DNA of 32,000 nucleotides from Candidatus Iainarchaeum sp. (GTDB lineage Archaea; Iainarchaeota; Iainarchaeia; Iainarchaeales; JAZDEL01): NCBI GenBank assembly GCA_043808785.1, contig JAZDEL010000001.1, positions 1 through 32,000 on the forward strand, written 5' to 3'. How positions within the stretch are numbered: position 1 is the first letter of the stretch; each line of letters opens with the position of its first letter. Below, piece by piece: positions 7,553 through 14,076 of this stretch. The notes under the pieces are model-generated. The model searched no databases. It was given only the letters and a program-made list of their open reading frames with translations, and was not told the DNA's origin. Made by a program: the position numbers and the translations under genes.

Positions 7553-8278
7553 ATGAATGTGCGGGACTTTATCTCATCAGAACGGGCGCTAATAAACATC
7601 ATAATCCGAACAATTCATAATTTCCACCAAAATAGAAAAGATGTGGAAAATCTTTCCTTCTTCAATTTTTGGGTAACAAGTGTAGCCAACACTAGGACAT
7701 TCATGTATGCAGAAGCATACGGTTATGCAAAGAAGCAACGCTTGGAATTATATCTGTCTGGCAATTATTTGGGTTCGGCATTGGTCGGGGTATATTCAAT
7801 TGAACAGCTTCTGAAAAGCATTATTTCGCTAAAAAAAACAGAAAAGGAGATGGATGCCATTGACGAAAAATCGCTGGGTTTCACAATTGGCGTTTTGAAA
7901 GAGTATGGGGAATTCAGAGGGGGCGAAGGGGCGAAGATAATTGAAAATTTATACAAACTCAATAAGGAACTCAGAAACCAATTAGTGGTGCATTCAAAAG
8001 GGAAAAAACTATCTGAAAGGCATTTTGATGCAATTCATAAGGGCAATTTGTTAGATACAGAAAGAATTTTAGCAGATACTTTCAAAGGGATTTCATTTGA
8101 TGTGCTTATGTTAATTTCGCAGATTGAAACGCAGCTTGATTCGATGTTTTGTCAGAGGTTGGGGGGTCGCCACGAAAAAGGCAGAATATCAACAATTATG
8201 CGGATAAGGCCAATTGAAGATATTCTTAAGGATATACGCGAAACATGCCCCGCATACGCTAAAGATCGTCAGGTTTGA
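7553..8278 (+). CDS. Hypothetical all-alpha protein with an Rx5H (HEPN-like) motif
   Basis: ORF from the track. ELRNQLVVHS fits the HEPN Rx4-6H signature with a polar residue after the Arg. The rest looks helical. No other motif recognised. Confidence 0.55.
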   Translation: MNVRDFISSERALINIIIRTIHNFHQNRKDVENLSFFNFWVTSVANTRTFMYAEAYGYAKKQRLELYLSGNYLGSALVGVYSIEQLLKSIISLKKTEKEMDAIDEKSLGFTIGVLKEYGEFRGGEGAKIIENLYKLNKELRNQLVVHSKGKKLSERHFDAIHKGNLLDTERILADTFKGISFDVLMLISQIETQLDSMFCQRLGGRHEKGRISTIMRIRPIEDILKDIRETCPAYAKDRQV

Positions 8279-8501
8279 ATTTGTATTTGCACTCCTTGCA
8301 AACACCCTCAACCTTCTCGTTTTTCCTGTCGGTTCTACTGCTGGCGCTGCCAGTGGAGCCCTGAACCCTGTACGTTTGGGAAAATGGCGGGAACCAAAGA
8401 ACCTCGTTTTTTGTGCCGCACTCTGGGCACATTGCCTCTATTTTTTCGGGCTGCTGGGTTCCGCGGGTGAAGAGTTCGTAAGACATCAGACCCCTTACCA
8501 T
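8259..8501 (-). CDS. Zinc-ribbon protein (80 aa), last gene of the hsd-linked cassette
   Basis: CPECG...(about 37 aa)...CKECKYKF. The ATG directly abuts the upstream stop (TAAATG at 8499-8504). Confidence 0.6.
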   Translation of the reverse strand: MVRGLMSYELFTRGTQQPEKIEAMCPECGTKNEVLWFPPFSQTYRVQGSTGSASSRTDRKNEKVEGVCKECKYKFKPDDL

Positions 8502-8864
8502 TTATGGTACACAATTATAAAGATTAATAAAATTCCCTACTGTAGCGTATAAAAACCAGGCGGCACCTGCAAAAAGGCCAATTGCCACCATTGCTTTGAA
8601 GTAAACAATATTTTTGTTTCTAAAATTTCTCAAAGCAAACCAAAGCAAAATAGGAAAGGCCGTAAATGCAAATAATTTGATTAAATACGCGAAACTTCCT
8701 GCTGTTTCAAGGAGTCCCGCGAAATCGGGATTGAGCTCAGGGAGGTGGCAAAATTCCACGATAACAAACGTTGTAATTGCGTCCAGCGTGTTTGTTGTCG
8801 CAAGGGCTACGACACTGTGTGAAAACCATTGGCTAAATGGTTTGCATACTGAAATAAAGTTCAT
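8502..8864 (-). CDS. 4-TM membrane protein, DUF5658-like
   Basis: Four hydrophobic helices. LDAITTFVIVEFCHLPELNPDFAGLL resembles the D..T....G..E.NP motif I associate with DUF5658 membrane proteins. GAGGGAG lies upstream of the ATG. Confidence 0.65.
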   Translation of the reverse strand: MNFISVCKPFSQWFSHSVVALATTNTLDAITTFVIVEFCHLPELNPDFAGLLETAGSFAYLIKLFAFTAFPILLWFALRNFRNKNIVYFKAMVAIGLFAGAAWFLYATVGNFINLYNCVP

Positions 8865-8868
8865 GTGC

Positions 8869-9486
8869 TTAATACTCCCTCGGGGCTACATTGGCTTGTT
8901 GTTGTGCAGTTTCTATGAGAACTGCTTGTTTTGGGTCTTTGATTGAAAATTGGATTGTCTCGTCCACTAACAGCCTAACCCTGCCATCTAAGTTTTCTTC
9001 AGTCAAATTTAATGTCTGTTTAAGTGTTTGCCGTTCTGCATCTTTGATTTCAGATATCTTGGCATCAATATCTTTCTTTATTATAAACTCACCGATACCC
9101 CTAGCCTTTGTCAAAATTGTTGCCCCATAAGGAATTCTCCGTGAAACTAGAATGCGTACCCCGACGTAAGTTCCTATAACGTCCCCCTGCTCCCGCTGAT
9201 AGTTTGGCTTGAATTTGGCCCTATCTAGCCAAAAGAACTTATGGCTATCCTCGCTGTTTGTTATAATCAAATCAGCGTTTGGCAGTTTAGCAAGCCCTTG
9301 GTCTAATAATTTCCCAAAGATTGTTGCAGCAAATGGATTTTTGTCTTCTACAATTTCAGAGAGTGTATTCTCTTCTTTTATGGCTTGCAAAATGCTTTCA
9401 ATCACGAGTTTTATCTCACTCTCTTCCATAGGGTCTGCATACGTTTTAGGAATGGGTTTCCAGTCGTAATGAATGTAGCGAGGCAT
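8869..9486 (-). CDS. Orphan soluble protein (205 aa)
   Basis: ORF from the track. The start is 1 nt after the stop of the upstream 505-aa gene. No recognisable catalytic or binding motif. Confidence 0.7.
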   Translation of the reverse strand: MPRYIHYDWKPIPKTYADPMEESEIKLVIESILQAIKEENTLSEIVEDKNPFAATIFGKLLDQGLAKLPNADLIITNSEDSHKFFWLDRAKFKPNYQREQGDVIGTYVGVRILVSRRIPYGATILTKARGIGEFIIKKDIDAKISEIKDAERQTLKQTLNLTEENLDGRVRLLVDETIQFSIKDPKQAVLIETAQQQANVAPREY

Positions 9487-9487
9487 T

Positions 9488-11005
9488 CTAACATACCATT
9501 CTTTGTTTGTTATTGAATTTGTCCCAAGTTTTTATGAATTTTACTGCGGCATCCGTCGTTTGTTTGAATTTCCTTTTTTTGAAAAATCTTCTCGTAACTG
9601 AGTTTTTCACCAGCGCCCTAATCTTCATTTCAATTTTCTTTTTTCGTGTTTTCAATATTCCGGCATTTTTGAGGTCAAAACTTTTCGGTTTATCTTTTTG
9701 TTGAAACTGTTTCTCAATTAGCGTGGCATCCTGCCAGACTTTTCGAATCTTCCCTAAAACAGGTTTCTTGATTCGTGCATGCGGATTCGCAAAAAATATC
9801 GATTTAGAAAATTCGTGCTCCCAAAACAGTACGCCTAATATGCTCTGTTCGTTGGTTTTTTTAAAAACCTCGTGCACCATCTCACGTAGCACCCCCAAAT
9901 AATCCCGAATGTTAAAAAGGGAGTTATCTGTGTATCCCTTGAACAGCGTGTGGTTGAAGTGGACACATATGATGGGGTTATGTTTGCCCTTTAATTGCCC
10001 GTACTCAATCTTGCCCTTTATTAGTTCAGCCAGTCGGCCGAGTAAATATTCCATTATTATTGTTTGTGTAATGGATGGAAAAACAAACTCATCTTGAATC
10101 TCAACTATTCGGTGTTTTGCAGGGAAATATGCCACACTAACAATGCAATTGTCATCTATTTTTTTAGCAGATGTGTTTTTCAGAAAAGTCAAGCCTTCTG
10201 GGGAGGCACTCAATTTGGATAATCTGGCTCCAAACTCGGAATAATATTTAAACACTTCATTATAGTCAAACAGATTTTTTTTGGGGTCATTAAATTTCTC
10301 CACGTGAAACCCACCATACTCGATTAGAGCAATGGGCCATAGTGCCGCAGTGTCTCTCTGCAATAAGGGCATTATGTGTTTACGATCCATTTCTTTGGAG
10401 CTGTCCCGCAAAAGGTCAGTCCTAACGGTTAAGTTCAGGCCAGCATTTTTTGGAATTCTCTCTAATAATTCCTTTGCAATTGTTTGCAAGCCAGCCTTTA
10501 ACTCTTTATTGGGCTTGCCTTCCCCCAAACCAGTCAACTCGATATTGAATTTTATGCTCTCAATGGAAAACTCAAAATCGTTTTTAATGCCCTTCGAACT
10601 TTCATAAGCAACGTCTCTGATGATTGGGCTCTTCAGTAGATTTGATTGGAAAGTTAATTCAGACAAGGCGGATAATGTTTCTGTGTTGTCAAATTGTTTC
10701 ATCCTTCCTCTTAAATTTTCTTTTGTCTGTTTATTGCGGCTTGCAATTTCAAATTTTGTCAAAACCTTTTCTGCTTCGCACAACAGATTGTATGAAAGTG
10801 ACCTGTTGCCTTCTCTGTATGCGGATGCTGCAATATTTAGAAACACATTTGAGCCGTATTCCCTTTCGGAAAACATTGAAAAGTCGTCTACATATTTCCT
10901 TAAAATTGGAAATTCTTTAATTTGCTGTTTGCCGTTGGCTAAATGCTCCTTTTCGTAGTCTTTATTCTCGGAGACTGTCACAATGACCGTGTTAACGCCC
11001 GCCAA
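9488..11005 (-). CDS. Orphan soluble protein (505 aa) with a strongly basic C-terminal tail
   Basis: Long ORF in an AT-rich region where long ORFs rarely arise by chance. No P-loop, nuclease, methylase or RT motif seen. The last ~80 aa are K/R-rich (KTRKKKIEMKIRALVKNSVTRRFFKKRKFKQ). TTG start is uncertain. Confidence 0.75.
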   Translation of the reverse strand: MAGVNTVIVTVSENKDYEKEHLANGKQQIKEFPILRKYVDDFSMFSEREYGSNVFLNIAASAYREGNRSLSYNLLCEAEKVLTKFEIASRNKQTKENLRGRMKQFDNTETLSALSELTFQSNLLKSPIIRDVAYESSKGIKNDFEFSIESIKFNIELTGLGEGKPNKELKAGLQTIAKELLERIPKNAGLNLTVRTDLLRDSSKEMDRKHIMPLLQRDTAALWPIALIEYGGFHVEKFNDPKKNLFDYNEVFKYYSEFGARLSKLSASPEGLTFLKNTSAKKIDDNCIVSVAYFPAKHRIVEIQDEFVFPSITQTIIMEYLLGRLAELIKGKIEYGQLKGKHNPIICVHFNHTLFKGYTDNSLFNIRDYLGVLREMVHEVFKKTNEQSILGVLFWEHEFSKSIFFANPHARIKKPVLGKIRKVWQDATLIEKQFQQKDKPKSFDLKNAGILKTRKKKIEMKIRALVKNSVTRRFFKKRKFKQTTDAAVKFIKTWDKFNNKQRMVC

Positions 11006-11028
11006 TATTTTCTTACGAATGATTCTGT

Positions 11029-11373
11029 TTATTTTCCTCTTTTTGCATTAAATAAATATTCTTTTTTACAGTCGTTGCAATAAAACCTGACTTCATGTTT
11101 TGTTATTTCCACATTTTTTGATTTGCAAGTATCGCAACAAATATCCGGTTCTGGCACAGGAAAAATGCTTCTTTTGAAAATGGCTCCGAGAATGCCGTTT
11201 CCCGCAAGAAAGATGGCTGCTGGGGGGACTAATGATATGGAAAGCCCGCCAATAAGAAAACTTGCAAAAGGTAGCCCAAAAATTGCGTTAACCAACACAA
11301 CAAACCAGCAGAACAATTGCAACGGAATGCCCACAACTTTTAGGGGAAGGCTGAAAACCAACTTTTTTTCCAT
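11029..11373 (-). CDS. 3-TM membrane protein with a C-terminal zinc ribbon
   Basis: Hydrophobic N-terminal two thirds, then CCDTCKSK...(13 aa)...CNDCKKEY. The track ORF starts at TTG 11409, but ATG 11373 overlaps the stop of the upstream 55-aa ORF (TAATG), which favours MEKKLVF... as the start. Confidence 0.65.
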   Translation of the reverse strand: MEKKLVFSLPLKVVGIPLQLFCWFVVLVNAIFGLPFASFLIGGLSISLVPPAAIFLAGNGILGAIFKRSIFPVPEPDICCDTCKSKNVEITKHEVRFYCNDCKKEYLFNAKRGK

Positions 11374-11540
11374 TAGCGCCACCTCAAAGGGGTTCTGCAT
11401 GAATTGCAAATGACGGCGTTCTTGGGAATTTCAGCTTTGCAAACTGGGCATTTTGGTTTTAATATTTCCGCCAAAAGAGCTAATCCGATAGCCCCTAGCA
11501 CAAGACCAGTCAATAATTCCATTGCTTCATCATTGTCCAT
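11373..11540 (-). CDS. Unannotated 55-aa TM + zinc-ribbon protein
   Basis: My own reverse-complement translation: MDNDEAMELLTGLVLGAIGLALLAEILKPKCPVCKAEIPKNAVICNSCRTPLRWR. The ATG at 11540 immediately follows the hsdS stop codon (11541-11543). Its stop overlaps the next ATG. Below the track's length cutoff. Confidence 0.5.
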   Translation of the reverse strand: MDNDEAMELLTGLVLGAIGLALLAEILKPKCPVCKAEIPKNAVICNSCRTPLRWR

Positions 11541-12686
11541 TCAACTCACCAACTCTCCGGAAAACGCTTTAACCAAAACTGATTTGGGCAGAAAATATAG
11601 TTGCGATTCCATTTTTTTAATTTCAGATTCTATCAATTCGCCTTTTGATTTGATTTCGGTTAATTTGCAGACAATTTTCTTTTGTTCGCTTTTGGGCGGA
11701 AATCTAATGGCATACTTTGATATTTTTTGAAAGGAGGTTCTTGGCAATTGGACCCCTGATGTATTTGCGGATGCAAAAGATACGAATCTGTCTGAAAGTA
11801 GCAAATAAAACAAATATTCACCTTCAATTTCTTCTGAAGGAATTAGCGGAATCAAATCTGTCGAAACCGCCCCAGAAAAATCAGCATAAAACGTCTTATT
11901 CAAATAAGGCCTAAGTTTCCCATAAACAACATCTCCTGGGAAAAATTTATTTTTTGTACTCTTTAAATCAGGGTTCTTAATTTGTGTTATAACTCTTCCT
12001 TTTTTTGACTCGATATGTTCGAATCCAACGTAATTAGTTATTTTTTCTTTTTTTGGGTCAATTTTATCTTTTCTGACTTTAACTAACTCACCTAACGGTT
12101 TTTCAGACCAACCCGCGGGCAAATCTCTGGCATAATGCATTAACCCAGATATTGCTTTTTGCATAATTTCCGCATGTTGCTTTTTCACCGTTTCATTTTC
12201 TTTTTTCATTTCGTCGTATTTTTCAAAGAACGCGTCAAGCTTGGCAACGATTTTTTCTTGGACGGGGAGAGAGGGAACGGGGACTTCTATCTCTAACAAT
12301 TTGGGTTTTGTGATATGTGTCATCCCTGTGCCGTGTGTCTTTTTCTTTATGTCTTCTAAGATATGCTTTATCAAATAGTAAAAATAATTTTTTTTGATAA
12401 TTTTCTCATTTGGAATAACCTTAAAGATGTGCTGGTTGAGAAGTGCATCTCCTTCGTCCCAAATAAAAATATCCAATGTAGCTGACCACGCCAAAAGCAA
12501 ATCGCCATTTTTTATCAAATGTTTTTTTTCATAATCTCCCGCATAATAATTTACTACGTCCGTAGAGTTGGTCAAATTTTGAATACGGATTATTGGTAAG
12601 CCTTTCTTGCCCCATTCACTTGGTTTGAATGCCCTGCCATTAATGTAATCTGCAACTTCCCTAAGCGTTTTAATTTCCGTTTCCAT
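11541..12686 (-). CDS. hsdS: Type I restriction-modification specificity subunit
   Basis: Two target-recognition halves separated by conserved helical spacers (LPVQEKIVAKLDAFFEKYDEMKKE... and PPKSEQKKIVCKLTEIKSKGELIESEIKKME...). Overlaps hsdM by 17 nt. Confidence 0.9.
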   Translation of the reverse strand: METEIKTLREVADYINGRAFKPSEWGKKGLPIIRIQNLTNSTDVVNYYAGDYEKKHLIKNGDLLLAWSATLDIFIWDEGDALLNQHIFKVIPNEKIIKKNYFYYLIKHILEDIKKKTHGTGMTHITKPKLLEIEVPVPSLPVQEKIVAKLDAFFEKYDEMKKENETVKKQHAEIMQKAISGLMHYARDLPAGWSEKPLGELVKVRKDKIDPKKEKITNYVGFEHIESKKGRVITQIKNPDLKSTKNKFFPGDVVYGKLRPYLNKTFYADFSGAVSTDLIPLIPSEEIEGEYLFYLLLSDRFVSFASANTSGVQLPRTSFQKISKYAIRFPPKSEQKKIVCKLTEIKSKGELIESEIKKMESQLYFLPKSVLVKAFSGELVS

Positions 12687-14076
12687 TGTTCAGCACCTGC
12701 TCAATTTCATCAAGATAGCCCGCAATCTTTTCTTGGCTGTTGCGGATGTTTTGAATTATTTCTTCTGGCGTTTCAAGCTCGCCATCGTCAAGGCTTTCAT
12801 CTTTGAGTAAGATAATGTCGAGGTTATACTTGCGCCCCTCTATTTCCTTTCTTAAAAATGATTTGAAGCGTTCCGTTTCGGTGCGCGGGCTCGTTCCGTT
12901 CGGGTTTGAGCCAAAGGCCTTTTCAAACTCGGCGAACATTTCCTGAGTTAAGGGGCGCTCCTTTTTTGTGACGCCCGCAATATTGGTTCGATTGTCATAA
13001 ATCCAGACTTTTTCTGTTTTTGCCCCCTTTGTGAAGAACAAGACATTTGCCTTGACCCCTTGGGAATAAGGCGAAAAGGTTCCGTGAGGCAGCCTGAGAA
13101 CCGTATGCAGGGTGCAATCCTCCATCAGGTTCTTTATGACCTGGCTGGCAGAGTGTTCCTCAAACAAAACATTATCGGGCAAGATAATCGCACACCTGCC
13201 GCCAGGCTTGAGAATAGTTACGCAGTGTTGCAAAAAGTTAAGCTGCTTGTTGCTGGTTTCAATCGTGAAATCCTCTCTTTCGGGTGCCTCGCCCGCGCCC
13301 TTTGTCCCGAATGGGGGGTTGGTCAAAATGCAGGAATATCTTTTATTGGGGTCAGGCTCGGCGATTGAATCGCCCAAATGAATGCCGTCTTTTATCCCGT
13401 GCAGATACAAATTCATCAGCGCAAGCCTTCTCGGGCGCTCGACCAATTCCGTGCCAGAATATGTCTTCTCCTTTAGCCTTTGCAATTCTTCCCTCGGAAT
13501 TTCCGCGCCGCCCTTTGTCTGTCCTATAAGCCATTCGTACGCCTCAACCAAAAACCCGCCAGTTCCGGCGGCTGGGTCGTGAACTGTAAGCCCCTTTTCT
13601 TTAAGCGGATTTGGTTTCATTACTTTGACAATTGACTTTATCAAAATTCTTGGCGTGAAATATTGCCCCGCCCCTTTTTTGGCTTCCGAGGCGGCTTTTT
13701 CTAGCAAGCCCTCGTAGGCCTCCGCCTTAACGTCAACCCCTAAAGCGCTCCATTCGGTTTCGTCAATAAGACTGATAAGTTTTTTCAGATTCACAGGGTT
13801 ATTAAAACGGGAAAGGGCTCCAGCAAATATGTCGCCAAGCATCCCTTTTTCTTTGCCCAGATTCCGCAATAAGTCCGAGTAGAATTCAGTTAGTTCCGTT
13901 CCACTTTTTTCTTTCAGTTTGCCCCAGCTCCACTGCTTCGGTATGTCTTGCCCTTTTTCCTCACCCATTTTAAGGAATAACAAAAACGTCAGTTGTTCTA
14001 TGTAGTCACCGTAGTCTATTCCATCGTGGCGGAGGATGTGGCAGAACCCCCAAAGTTTTTGCACTATGTTCGTCAT
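12670..14076 (-). CDS. hsdM: Type I restriction-modification N6-adenine DNA methyltransferase subunit
   Basis: HsdM N-terminal domain (LWGFCHILRHDGIDYGDYIEQLTFLLFLK), QYFTPR, motif I DPAAGTGGF, and motif IV LTNPPFG. Confidence 0.95.
   Translation of the reverse strand: MTNIVQKLWGFCHILRHDGIDYGDYIEQLTFLLFLKMGEEKGQDIPKQWSWGKLKEKSGTELTEFYSDLLRNLGKEKGMLGDIFAGALSRFNNPVNLKKLISLIDETEWSALGVDVKAEAYEGLLEKAASEAKKGAGQYFTPRILIKSIVKVMKPNPLKEKGLTVHDPAAGTGGFLVEAYEWLIGQTKGGAEIPREELQRLKEKTYSGTELVERPRRLALMNLYLHGIKDGIHLGDSIAEPDPNKRYSCILTNPPFGTKGAGEAPEREDFTIETSNKQLNFLQHCVTILKPGGRCAIILPDNVLFEEHSASQVIKNLMEDCTLHTVLRLPHGTFSPYSQGVKANVLFFTKGAKTEKVWIYDNRTNIAGVTKKERPLTQEMFAEFEKAFGSNPNGTSPRTETERFKSFLRKEIEGRKYNLDIILLKDESLDDGELETPEEIIQNIRNSQEKIAGYLDEIEQVLNNGNGN

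Noticed and set aside
8214-8946. Plus-strand ORFs 8214-8552 and 8614-8946
   Set aside because: They are antisense to the tightly coupled zinc-ribbon, 4-TM and 205-aa genes, and have no supporting signals.
11404-11730. 108-aa plus-strand ORF spanning the hsdS 3' end and the following gap
   Set aside because: It is antisense to hsdS and to the better-supported 55-aa minus-strand TM/zinc-ribbon ORF, which is translationally coupled on both sides.
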